64,000 nucleotides of DNA from an uncultured delta proteobacterium (GTDB lineage: Bacteria; Desulfobacterota; Binatia; Binatales; Binataceae): positions 192,001 through 256,000 of the forward strand of contig CAVXXK010000004.1 of the NCBI GenBank assembly GCA_963765675.1, in the 5' to 3' direction. The notes under the pieces were generated by a model that was given only the letters and a program-made list of their open reading frames with translations, searched no databases and had not been told where the DNA came from. Both the position numbers and the translations under genes were made by a program. Each line of letters starts with the position of its first letter. Position 1 is the stretch's first letter. Below are positions 19,855 to 29,290 of the stretch, piece after piece.

Positions 19855-20958
19855 TCAGTTCGCGCGCGCCTCTTTCGGACCCCCAGCGCCTTTGGTGGCC
19901 AGCTCCTCGTCGATCACATTGGAGAATTCGTCTATCGGTTGCGCACCGACGAGTTGGCGCCCGTCCACATAGAAGGTCGGCGTGCCGTCGATTCCGAGCG
20001 CCCGACCCTGTTCGAGTTCGCGCTGTACCGTAGCCTCGGTCTTCGCCTGATCGAAGCACGCGTCGAATTTCGTGGTGTCCAGACCGACCTTCTTCGCGGT
20101 CGCCTTCAGGTCGGCCGGTGCGAGCTTCGACTGATTGGCAAAAAGCTGATCGTGATAGGGCCAGAATTTGCCCTGCTGGTCCGCGCATTGCGCGGCTTTG
20201 GCGGCGTCGAGCGCATGGCTATGCATCGGCAGTGGAAAATCGATATACACCAAGCGCACCTTGTCGCCGTATTTCTGAATCACCTGCTTCACGGTCGGCT
20301 CGGCGCGCTCGCAGAAGGGGCACTGGAAATCCGAGAATTCGACGATCGTGACCGGGGCATCGGCGGGGCCAAGAGCGGGACGGCCCGCGCTGGCGACCTC
20401 AGTCCGCGGCGGTTTGAGCAGGATCTTGAGCGGCTCGGCCTTTCGCAGTCCGGCCAGAAGCTTGTCGCGTTGCTCTGAATCTCGCTGATTCTGCATCAGG
20501 GAGAGCAACCGATCCTTGATTTGAGCATAGGTAACGGTGCTGGTGCCCTTGTGGGTGTCGAAGTACTTCTTCGCTTCGGCGTCGGTTACTTTTGGGGTCG
20601 GATCGATGACGTGTTTCTTGACGTATTCATCAACGCTCAGATGCTCTTTCGCGGCGGCCTGTTCGAGCAGGAAGTCGTCGGCGAGCGATTCGATCGCTTC
20701 ATGCTTGAGATCGTAAATCTTGCCGTCAAGCGCAGCCATCTGCGGTTTGATTTTTTCGTCTACCTGCGCCTGCGTTATTTTATGGCCACCTACCGTCGCC
20801 ACCACCGGACCTGGTTGTCCCGCGAGGACAGGCGACGCCGCTGCCATAGCAATCAACGCACCCGCTGCGAGTGCGGCTGTGGCTGATCGTCGGACGATTT
20901 TCAGCACCGATGCGAAATGTCTGAGCCTTGTAAGAGCGGAGATTTCCCGAATGTGCAT
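19855..20958 (-). CDS. DsbA/thioredoxin-domain protein with SurA-like N-terminal region (true start probably further downstream)
   Basis: VEFSDFQCPFC, DFPLPMH, GIDGTPTFYV. Confidence 0.88.
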   Translation of the reverse strand: MHIREISALTRLRHFASVLKIVRRSATAALAAGALIAMAAASPVLAGQPGPVVATVGGHKITQAQVDEKIKPQMAALDGKIYDLKHEAIESLADDFLLEQAAAKEHLSVDEYVKKHVIDPTPKVTDAEAKKYFDTHKGTSTVTYAQIKDRLLSLMQNQRDSEQRDKLLAGLRKAEPLKILLKPPRTEVASAGRPALGPADAPVTIVEFSDFQCPFCERAEPTVKQVIQKYGDKVRLVYIDFPLPMHSHALDAAKAAQCADQQGKFWPYHDQLFANQSKLAPADLKATAKKVGLDTTKFDACFDQAKTEATVQRELEQGRALGIDGTPTFYVDGRQLVGAQPIDEFSNVIDEELATKGAGGPKEARAN

Positions 20959-21160
20959 CCCCCCAGCGTATCATGCGGGGTACCTGTGCCGCGAGTGCCC
21001 CCGCCCGCGTCGCATAGCACAAGGAATGGAGCGTTTATTATAATCTCGTGACCTCGATGCCCGCCGTGATGAAACCGATTCCTGCCACGCGTGCAAAGCG
21101 TCCAGCCCTCCTTGAACTCAAGACGCCGCGCACTGTCAGCCTCGAGGCCTGCCGATAGTC

Positions 21161-22057
21161 GTGGCTGCAGCAACCAAGTTTGACGCAACCGCCGCCAGGC
21201 GCGGTCTGCGAACGAAGCTCGGCGATACGTTTATGCCGGTGCGGCGGGGCAACAAGCTGGTGACGTTCCGTTTCCTGGGACTGCTCGGGCGGCTCGGCAA
21301 TCAAATTTTCCAGATTGCCGCGACGATTGGGATCGCGCGAAAAAACGCTTGCCCATTTTTGCTGCCGTCTTGGGATTACGCGCGCCACTTTGCAAATCCG
21401 TTTCCGCAATCTTCCTTTCGTCCGCGCGCTCGCCGACGGCGCGAGACCAGCTTCGCTTATCAGGAGATCGTGATCGATCGCCCGACTGAGCTGTACGGAT
21501 ATTTTCAATCGGAGCTCTACTTCAAGCATTGCGCGGACGAGATTCGCGGCTACTTTCAGCCGCATCCGAAACTGGCGGCGATGCTCGAGCAGCATTTCGC
21601 CGATCTCCTTGCCCCCGACACCTGCTCGGTCCACGTGCGGCGAGGTGATTACGTCGGCAATCCAAACTTCGTCGATTTGAGCGCCACCGATTACTACGCA
21701 CGCGCGTTCGGGCAGTTCAGCCCGGACACCAGGTTCGTGGTCTTTTCCGACGACCCTGGATGGTGCCGTGCAAGGTTCGGCGAGGAGCGTTTCGTATATA
21801 TCGAAGCACTTAGCGACATCGAGGATCTAATCCTGATGTCCTGGTGCCGGGGACATATAATCGCCAACTCCTCGATGTCGTGGTGGGGAGCATGGCTCGA
21901 CGGGCGCGCGCAGAAGAAAGTGATCGCACCGGCGCACTGGTTCGCGGGTGGGCACGTCGATCCGAGCGTGCGCTTCCATACGCGGCGCGACGGCAATCTG
22001 ATGGACGGTTACTTCGACGCCAAAGATCTGATTCCGGCGGATTGGATCAAGCTCTGA
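21161..22057 (+). CDS. Alpha-1,2-fucosyltransferase, GT11 family (start uncertain)
   Basis: GRLGNQIFQ, GYFQSE, HVRRGDY, VFSDD, IIANSSMSWWGAWL. Confidence 0.9.
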   Translation: MAAATKFDATAARRGLRTKLGDTFMPVRRGNKLVTFRFLGLLGRLGNQIFQIAATIGIARKNACPFLLPSWDYARHFANPFPQSSFRPRARRRRETSFAYQEIVIDRPTELYGYFQSELYFKHCADEIRGYFQPHPKLAAMLEQHFADLLAPDTCSVHVRRGDYVGNPNFVDLSATDYYARAFGQFSPDTRFVVFSDDPGWCRARFGEERFVYIEALSDIEDLILMSWCRGHIIANSSMSWWGAWLDGRAQKKVIAPAHWFAGGHVDPSVRFHTRRDGNLMDGYFDAKDLIPADWIKL

Positions 22058-22153
22058 GAGAACCGCGTCTTTTGAGGTAGATCGAAAAATGCGTTCGCGC
22101 TGAGCAATGATAGAGTGAGTTCGCCTGTGGACCTCGTCTCAGAGGGGGAGCAG

Positions 22154-22930
22154 TTGTTCAAGTCGTGCTGCCGTTTGATTGTCGGGTCGGCCGTCGCGAT
22201 GGCGCTGTTTTTGCTGCTCTTCGTCCGGTAGAGTTACGGCGATCCCGAAAACCTGCGTGCGGATGAATACTCCGGCCGATTTGGCGATCTCAGCGATGTC
22301 TACCTTTCTGACAACTCGGACTGGTGGTCCGAGATTGCTGAGCAAAGTGACGGAAATCTACAGGAAAAGTTCTTGGCCGTTCAACCCGACCGCCAGAATT
22401 TCCAGCTTCTCGGAATCAGCGTATGGGGATATTCGCTGAACTGGCCGCAAAAGATCATCCACACGCTCGGCCGGGCTACGGTTATAGAACGTGGCGACGC
22501 GTCAACGGGGAGATTCCAAGTCTGTTACAAGCCTGCCGAGAATTCCGGACACACCAAGCTGATCTTCGAAGAAGGGGAGTGCAACGAATCGTTTTATCTA
22601 TTCGAAGACGGGCCATCTTTCCTCGGATCAGATAGCTGTGTCTCCTCCAAGTTGGTAAACGAGCACGTCAAAACGCTTTCGGGGTTGGGCCTCGGCCTAA
22701 CCCCGTCCGAGGTAGTCAAAATTCTTGGTCCGCCTTCGACTACTCGCTCGGACCTTTTGGTCTACAGCTATCACGTCAAGATCCGGCGAACGAAAGAACA
22801 GATCGAAGCTGCGAAACGGGAAGCTCCGTACGCCACGCCCGACCTTGAGTATGACAATCCTCTGCTTCTTATGATGCGATTCCGCAATGGCCGACTGTGG
22901 TATCTATATGAGACTTCCGAAACGTGTTAG
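22154..22930 (+). pseudogene. Secreted/membrane-anchored hypothetical protein interrupted by an in-frame TAG at 22229-22231
   Basis: RBS GAGGGGGAG then TTG; MFKSCCRLIVGSAVAMALFLLLFVR*SYGDPEN... continues in frame into ORF 22373..22930. Confidence 0.55.
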
Positions 22931-23131
22931 CTGTCACAACCAACCAAACCTGAAAACCGCGTCCACGGCACTCATATAGACCCGACGAATTTACCTGGCT
23001 TCCCGCGCATCGAGCAGCTCTCCTCATCTTTGACTTAAGCTCGAGGAGCGAGACCAAGCCGGATGCGGGTCAATGGTGGGAAATCTCCTCACTTCTAAAT
23101 ACGGCGCTCTTCAAATAGTTTGACAGTCTCT

Positions 23132-23212
23132 GCGAGAGTGGCGGAACGGCAGACGCGCTGGACTTAGGATCCAGTGCCGCAAGGCGTGGGGGTTCAAGTC
23201 CCCCCTCTCGCA
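23132..23212 (+). tRNA. tRNA-Leu (anticodon TAG), no encoded CCA
   Basis: GCGAGAG/CTCTCGC acceptor stem, D-loop GGCAGACGC, anticodon arm CTGGA-CTTAGGA-TCCAG, long variable arm, GGTTCAAGTCC T-arm. Confidence 0.95.
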
Positions 23213-23256
23213 TCGCACCGGCGCAAAAGATCGCCTGACCAGGACGGCTGACGCAG

Positions 23257-23970
23257 ATGAACATGCCCCTGCATCCCAGTTGGCAAGATATTGTGCTTCG
23301 CCTCGTCCTCACGATGGTGGCCGGCGCGGTAATCGGTTTCGACCGGGGCGTGCGGGGACAAGCCGCCGGTCTCAGGACCACGATCCTGGTGGCGCTGGCC
23401 GCGTCGGTTGCGATGATCCAGGCCAATGTCCTGCTTTCTGTCGGCGGGAAGACAGCCGACTCGTATGGCGTCATGGACCTGATGCGTATGCCGCTCGGCA
23501 TTCTGACCGGCGTCGGTTTTATCGGCGGCGGGACGATTTTGAAACGCGGCGATCTCGTCAGCGGGGTGACCACGGCGGCGACGCTGTGGGTGACCACGGT
23601 GATCGGGCTTTGTTTCGGCGGCGGCCAACTGGATCTCGGGATCGCGGCGACGATATTAGCCGTCATCACGTTGTGGACCCTAAAGTGGCTCGACATCCGA
23701 ATTCCGCGCGAGCGCCGCGCGATGCTGGTAATCAACGCGGACGTCAGCGCTGCATCAGCCTACGATCTGGAAAACTTGATCATCCCGGAGGGTTACAACG
23801 CCCAATTCCGCCGCCAAAGCCGTGGCGACGACGCAATGCATGTCAGGCTCTGGTACGAAATCACGTGGACACGGCCCGAGTTGGCAGGTCCACCTTGGGA
23901 TCTCCTGAAGCTCGTCAACGAGCACTATCCTGTCCTCTCCTTCGAAGTGACCTCCGGATTTCGTCACTGA
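23257..23970 (+). CDS. MgtC/SapB family membrane protein
   Basis: IGFDRG, AAGLRT, GILTGVGFIGGGTI, GVTTAATLW. Confidence 0.9.
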   Translation: MNMPLHPSWQDIVLRLVLTMVAGAVIGFDRGVRGQAAGLRTTILVALAASVAMIQANVLLSVGGKTADSYGVMDLMRMPLGILTGVGFIGGGTILKRGDLVSGVTTAATLWVTTVIGLCFGGGQLDLGIAATILAVITLWTLKWLDIRIPRERRAMLVINADVSAASAYDLENLIIPEGYNAQFRRQSRGDDAMHVRLWYEITWTRPELAGPPWDLLKLVNEHYPVLSFEVTSGFRH

Positions 23971-23979
23971 TCGAATCAA

Positions 23980-24077
23980 GCGGCCACAAAGACACTAAGA
24001 CACAAAGAGATGAAAGAGCGGGTCTTTCCCGAAGGAAGACCCGCTTCTTCTTCGTGTCTTGGTGTCTTAGTGGCCGC
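23980..24077. terminator. Long imperfect inverted repeat between convergent genes (bidirectional terminator or repeat element)
   Basis: GCGGCCAC-AAAGACAC-TAAGACAC...GTGTCTT-GGTGTCTT-AGTGGCCGC flanking an inner hairpin GCGGGTCTTTCC-CGAA-GGAAGACCCGC. Confidence 0.6.
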
Positions 24078-24085
24078 CTGATCTC

Positions 24086-25996
24086 TTACGCAGTCAGCGT
24101 CTGCGCGTCGCATAGCGCGCGAAACTTTCCGTCAGAGCGCGAAATGAGCGAGGTCCAGGTGCCCTGCTCCACTATGCTCCCGCTTTCGATCACGTAGATC
24201 AGATCGGCGCATCGGATCGTCGAGAGGCGATGCGCGATTATCAGCGCCGTCACCGCGCCGCGGCGCCGTGTGATCTCGCCGAGGACGCGCGCCTCGGTTT
24301 CGGAGTCGAGGCTGTTGGACGCTTCGTCCAGAATCAAAACGCGCGGACGCCTGAGCCACGCGCGAGCGAGCGCCAGGCGCTGGCGCTCTCCCTGCGAAAG
24401 CGTGACGCCGCGATCGCCGACTATCGTGTCGAGTCCCAAGGGCATCGCGGCAACGAAATCGCTCGCGGCAGCGGCGGCGAGTGCTCCGCGCAGGTCGTCA
24501 TCGGAGGCGTCGGGACGCGCCCAGAGCAGGTTGGCGCGAATCGTATCGTGGAACAAAAACGTATCCGACGCGGCGTAGCCGATCTGTTCGCGCCATCGGC
24601 GCAACTCGCCCGCTTCAAGCGGCACACCGTCGATCATCAGGCATCCGGAGTCCGGCGTTATGAGCCCCATCACCAAATCCGCGATGGTGCTCTTGCCGGC
24701 GCCTGACGGCCCGACAATCGCGACGATCTGTCCGGCCGGAATCGTGAGGTTCACGCCGCGCAACGCAGGCGCCTGGGGTATATAAGCGAAATTCACGCTC
24801 TCCAGCCGGATTTCCCGGCGCAGCTCGGGCGCGCGGCCCGTCGGAGCAGCCAGTTCAAGCTCGTCCGCAAAGTGCGATCGCATCGCGATCAAATTGAGGA
24901 AGGAAGGCGCCGAATTGATGATCGAGTGCCAGTGCTGCAAAGCGGATTGAAAGCGCGGCATCACGCGCGCGAACAATAGCAGCAGAATCAGGATCGCCGC
25001 GGGCGGAACCGCAAGCCATCCGATCGCGAAATAGAGCACGGCACCCAGGATGATCGCCGATCCCAGCTCGAACCACGCCGCGGCCGCGGTCTGGCGGCGC
25101 TGGGCCGTTATATTGGCGCCTTCGACCTTGCGCGTCAGAGCCGTAAACATCGCATAGTTGCGATCCTCGGCGCCGTAGGCCTTGGCCAGCTTGAGATTTT
25201 CAAGATGCTCCGTCATCGCGGCGAACAGGGAATTCATCGACTCGGAAATATCCTCGCCCGCCTGATGAATCTCGCGCGTGCGGCCCCGCATCGCCGCGAT
25301 CAGCGCGATCCCGCATCCGACCACCAGCAGCGTCATCGCGGGCGCAAGCCGCAGCGCGATCGCCAGATAAAGCGCCGTCAGAATCAGGTCGGCCGTAAGC
25401 GTCATCATCTCGAATGCGGCCATCCCGGTCCGCGCCAATTCCGCGGAGAGCGCGTGGGTGAAGTCCGAGCTGCGGCTGCGGACCAGGTAGAGCCAACTCG
25501 CGCGCGAGATCGCGCGGTACAAGTCGAGCCGCAAGGTCGTCTCGAAGCGCTGCTCGACGATAAACATCGCGTCGCTCTGGATCCGTCCGAGAAGCGTGCG
25601 CGCCGCGATCAGGATCACGAAGATCGCAAGCAGGATCGGAAGCGAAGGATAAAGCCCGAACACCGCGAACGCGTTGGTCACCGCGCGCGCGAAGCGGCCG
25701 GCCTCGCCCTGATGCGTCAGGTCGAGCCCCGCGACTTGCAGCAGCGGGAAGAGCAGTAGCACGCCGATCCCTTCGGTCAGCGAGAACGCGATCATCAGCG
25801 CAAGCGCGCCGGCCGCGCGCCAGCGCGCCTCGCGAATCAGCGCCCGTCCCAATCCGATGAGTGCGGGAATCATTCGCGCGCGGCCCGACTCTCGCGCCAG
25901 CGGCTCGCGCGCGGCAGCCGGCGCGATCGGCGATGCCGGGCGCGAAAGCTCTGCGGCCGCTGCGTCAGCTTCGGTCATCAGGGGAGCGCTTGTCAC
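24086..25996 (-). CDS. ABC exporter (permease+ATPase), probable lasso-cluster transporter
   Basis: TM helices; GPSGAGKST; LSQGERQR; ILDEAS; AHRLST; last gene of the cluster. Confidence 0.88.
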   Translation of the reverse strand: MTSAPLMTEADAAAAELSRPASPIAPAAAREPLARESGRARMIPALIGLGRALIREARWRAAGALALMIAFSLTEGIGVLLLFPLLQVAGLDLTHQGEAGRFARAVTNAFAVFGLYPSLPILLAIFVILIAARTLLGRIQSDAMFIVEQRFETTLRLDLYRAISRASWLYLVRSRSSDFTHALSAELARTGMAAFEMMTLTADLILTALYLAIALRLAPAMTLLVVGCGIALIAAMRGRTREIHQAGEDISESMNSLFAAMTEHLENLKLAKAYGAEDRNYAMFTALTRKVEGANITAQRRQTAAAAWFELGSAIILGAVLYFAIGWLAVPPAAILILLLLFARVMPRFQSALQHWHSIINSAPSFLNLIAMRSHFADELELAAPTGRAPELRREIRLESVNFAYIPQAPALRGVNLTIPAGQIVAIVGPSGAGKSTIADLVMGLITPDSGCLMIDGVPLEAGELRRWREQIGYAASDTFLFHDTIRANLLWARPDASDDDLRGALAAAAASDFVAAMPLGLDTIVGDRGVTLSQGERQRLALARAWLRRPRVLILDEASNSLDSETEARVLGEITRRRGAVTALIIAHRLSTIRCADLIYVIESGSIVEQGTWTSLISRSDGKFRALCDAQTLTA

Positions 25997-26876
25997 CGCG
26001 CAATTTCGACAGTTCCAAATTGGCTTCTTTCAGCTGGTCCCTGGTCTTCGCGAGCTTGACGCGTGCGCTATCCAGCTCTTGCGCCAACTCGAGGATGCGG
26101 AGCATTCGCTGCTCGCCGCTCACATCTCCCAACCACGAAACTTTTCCGGCATGCGCCTGGTGGGCAAAGACCATCCAGTAGTGATCATAGCCATTCCTCC
26201 AGATCAGCGGATATCCGATCAGGCCATGCTGCCGCGCTTTCTCAATCACAAACTTTACCGGATACGGAGCGAATCCCGGGTAGATCCAATCGTCGCCGTT
26301 GTAGGTGTCGTGGCCGTTGGAGAAGAAACTCGCGGCAAACAGCCCCTCAGGCTTCAGCGCGAGCTTCGCCTGCGACAGACAGCGATCAAGCTGCGCTTGC
26401 GACACATGAGTCAGCACCGACTGCGCCAGCATGAAGTCGAAGGGCACATTGAACGCGGTCAGCGAGAAATCGTCGACATACAGGAACGCCGGCCGCTTCA
26501 GGCGGCGCAGCTCCTCACCGACTTCAAGATTGATCCCGTCCTCGACCAGCCAGGCCTGCGGCTCGATGCCGAAATATCCGCCGGGAAGCAGATAGGGAAT
26601 GAACAGGCGTCCCCCGCATAGCGATCCGCAGCCGATGTCCAGCAGCGTGTGACCTTCGCGCAGCCCCAGCGCAACCATCAGCGCGAACTGCGTCGCAGCG
26701 GTCACGTCGTACGCCTTGGGACTGCCGACGTAAGCGCGATAATGCCGCGCCCCGGCATCCAATTTCCGCGCCTCCTCGATACTCGCGGAGCGGTAATCCT
26801 GGTCCTCCTGCGCCGCCGTCTTTGCTTGCGCGGGAAGTTCGTCTATTCGTTTCTTGTCCGGGAGTTCTGAAGCCAC
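25965..26876 (-). CDS. Class I SAM-dependent methyltransferase with C-terminal coiled coil
   Basis: LLDIGCGS motif I; FDFMLAQSVLTH; LKPEG. Confidence 0.85.
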   Translation of the reverse strand: MASELPDKKRIDELPAQAKTAAQEDQDYRSASIEEARKLDAGARHYRAYVGSPKAYDVTAATQFALMVALGLREGHTLLDIGCGSLCGGRLFIPYLLPGGYFGIEPQAWLVEDGINLEVGEELRRLKRPAFLYVDDFSLTAFNVPFDFMLAQSVLTHVSQAQLDRCLSQAKLALKPEGLFAASFFSNGHDTYNGDDWIYPGFAPYPVKFVIEKARQHGLIGYPLIWRNGYDHYWMVFAHQAHAGKVSWLGDVSGEQRMLRILELAQELDSARVKLAKTRDQLKEANLELSKLRGDKRSPDDRS

Positions 26877-26917
26877 CGAGGTAATTTACTCCAGGTTGAT
26901 TGCGCGGCGGCGCTCAG

Positions 26918-28150
26918 TCAGACGCTGGCGCCGAAAAGTATTCGGCGGATGTGCGACTGGACCGCCTCGTTTCGACGCAGCTCCAGGAACATGTTGTGAC
27001 GATCGGCAAAGTCGTTGAGCCATTCGCAAGCGAGCTGCCGAGCGTCAACGGACTTCAACTGTTCGGCGGCGTCCGCAAGTGTGGCTTGGATCTTCGATAG
27101 TGCCGCACGGGCATAGGCGTTGTTTGCGCATCTCGTGAGGCGGGCGCGTATCGCTTGTTCCACCGCCAGGAACGGCAACAATTCGCATTTGAGTTCGGCG
27201 CGAAAGACCTCAGGCAGGCGGTTCGCCAGGGTACTCATAAGCTGTTCACCACGAGGCTTGATCTCTCGAAGTGCGCGCGTGATCGCCGTGCCGACAAGCT
27301 CCGAGATGATCGCTTCCGCGCTTGGGTGTCCGATGCGCGGCGGCAGATGTTGCACATTCATTCCGCTGGCCTCCAGAAGGGCCGTTCCATAGAAAGCTGC
27401 CTGCAGGAAGCTCCAGTTCAAGTCCGCGTTGTACTCGTCTGGAAACGGGACCCACTCTATTCCCTTATCGCGGAGAGCTATGAGTTGACCATCCAGGAGT
27501 TCTCTTACGGTCGTCGCCGCGGAGGTTTCGTCGCTCGTATTTTTTCCGGTTTTCCACAGCGGGTTTGATGGCGAGTACCATGACTTCGGATTCGCCGACA
27601 GGCCGGTATCCGACACGAACTGCTCCCATTCGTCTCGTTTCAGAACCGCGACCAATCGACTGAGATACGCCATGTCGCTTATGCCAAGGTTCCTGGGTGT
27701 AGCAACAAAGCTATCGGCGCCTTGGAGGTTTACGCACCAGTGAAAAAAACAATTCTCCTCATGGCGAACGACCATGTCGTCATCGACCAAGAAAAGCACA
27801 TCAGGATTGAGCGAAAGACCCGTGACGAGCGCAAGGTTTCGTCCACCTTCGGTCGGGCTGGCGGAGCGCCTTGCCACCAGATGCGCGAAGGAACTGCGCA
27901 ACGCAGCTTCCGGGAGGGATTCCGCGATCTCCTGCTCAACGGTCTTATCCACGCAGGCCAGCCGTAATCCGAACCCCTTCCAGAACTGCGCTATCTCACG
28001 GGTGGGACCACGGTGCTCTGGAGAAGAGTCGTCGAGGATCACCCAGAAGGCGTCCCGAGCGACGCTGCATCCGTCAACGGCTTGCTCGATGCAGCGGTTG
28101 AGGATTTCCGGACGGTTCGCCGTGCGGACAACGATAGCAGCGCGGCTCAT
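26918..28150 (-). CDS. Putative GT-A fold glycosyltransferase-like protein
   Basis: IVVRTANRPEILNRCI, VILDDS, GGRN, FLVDDD (DxD) in GT2-like order; C-terminal half unrecognised. Confidence 0.55.
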   Translation of the reverse strand: MSRAAIVVRTANRPEILNRCIEQAVDGCSVARDAFWVILDDSSPEHRGPTREIAQFWKGFGLRLACVDKTVEQEIAESLPEAALRSSFAHLVARRSASPTEGGRNLALVTGLSLNPDVLFLVDDDMVVRHEENCFFHWCVNLQGADSFVATPRNLGISDMAYLSRLVAVLKRDEWEQFVSDTGLSANPKSWYSPSNPLWKTGKNTSDETSAATTVRELLDGQLIALRDKGIEWVPFPDEYNADLNWSFLQAAFYGTALLEASGMNVQHLPPRIGHPSAEAIISELVGTAITRALREIKPRGEQLMSTLANRLPEVFRAELKCELLPFLAVEQAIRARLTRCANNAYARAALSKIQATLADAAEQLKSVDARQLACEWLNDFADRHNMFLELRRNEAVQSHIRRILFGASV

Positions 28151-28228
28151 AGGTGCGTAGGACGAAGACCGATGAGCAAGCTCCTGACGGGCATTATCAA
28201 TAACAGGAATGCCATGTTGGCTACTGAA

Positions 28229-29011
28229 CTAGATATTCGATCGAACCATCCCCACTGCATGGCCATAACAAGTCCCTCCGCCATAATACATCAGATCTAT
28301 CCCGGCTTCACTCATCTCCGAATCGATCTGTTGCCGGTCAAAGTGATGTTGGAATCCGTCCTTGAGCCAGTCCCCTTGCTCGACAGGTTCGGCTCGCCGA
28401 ACTCGGCGAATGGCGCTCCCGATCCTGGCCGTCCAGACGCGCCGCCTTCCGGGAAGACCTTCGGTAAAGGAGACCATCACCGGTGCGCCCGGACTCAAGC
28501 GATTTCGCAAGTCTCGAAGAAAACGGATTCTGCGGGATCTGCCCGGTATATACATGTAGCCGGAAAAGCCGACCAGGACGGCGTCGTAATCGCTGCCAAA
28601 TGCCGGCACGGTCGAGGACGGTGCATATTCCAGTTTCGCCTCGATGCCATGTTTCCTCAATTCATTGCGGCCTGCTTCAACCAGGGGCGCACAACAATCG
28701 AATCCGTCAACCATGAATCCGCCATTTGCCAAAGCGATCATCTCTCGGCCCGCGCCGGCGGCGGCCACCAGTATTCGGCGACCCGCCGGGAAATAACGCC
28801 GAATCGCCTCTCGCTCCCAGAGGAAAAGGCCGGAGTTCAAGTACGACTCATCAGAATACGGAGCCGAGTGTATCGAATATCGATACTCTGTTAGCCGCTC
28901 CAATGCCCGGTTGCTTAAGACCCCCAGAGACAAGCCTTGAATCAGAGCAGTAGCGCCATTGTGAATCGATGTGAGAACGCGTTCGATAAAAAAATAGAGC
29001 GGCGCAATCAT
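28229..29011 (-). CDS. SAM-dependent methyltransferase
   Basis: GLFLWEREAI, RILVAAAGAGRE (variant motif I), VDGFDC, YDAVLVG; likely start MIAPL. Confidence 0.75.
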   Translation of the reverse strand: MIAPLYFFIERVLTSIHNGATALIQGLSLGVLSNRALERLTEYRYSIHSAPYSDESYLNSGLFLWEREAIRRYFPAGRRILVAAAGAGREMIALANGGFMVDGFDCCAPLVEAGRNELRKHGIEAKLEYAPSSTVPAFGSDYDAVLVGFSGYMYIPGRSRRIRFLRDLRNRLSPGAPVMVSFTEGLPGRRRVWTARIGSAIRRVRRAEPVEQGDWLKDGFQHHFDRQQIDSEMSEAGIDLMYYGGGTCYGHAVGMVRSNI

Positions 29012-29290
29012 CTGTTTGGTTGATATATGCGATCGTCCACGATTGCTGATGCCGTCAGTGGCAACCGGCTCGCCAAGCGCAGGCACCGCCAAAGAATCGG
29101 GATTCCTCGCGCGGCAGCCACGCGCGGGAATGACACGCAAATGCTATGTGGAACGCGAGACTCATCGAGCCAGACATCGCCCTCCTGCGTCAGGGAAGGT
29201 TCGGTCCCGTCTTTTCCGTAATGTGTCTCGGCCTTCATCGCGTGCGCCGCTATCAAGAACTCGCGCGGCCCGAACCTACAGCGTAGGCTG

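Noticed and set aside
21161-22057. GT11 fucosyltransferase as part of the lasso cluster
   Set aside because: Separated by the tRNA, mgtC and a terminator-like repeat; more likely surface glycan synthesis.
23070-23735. 221-aa minus-strand ORF
   Set aside because: Antisense to mgtC and the tRNA (MREGGLEPP is the typical tRNA antisense translation).
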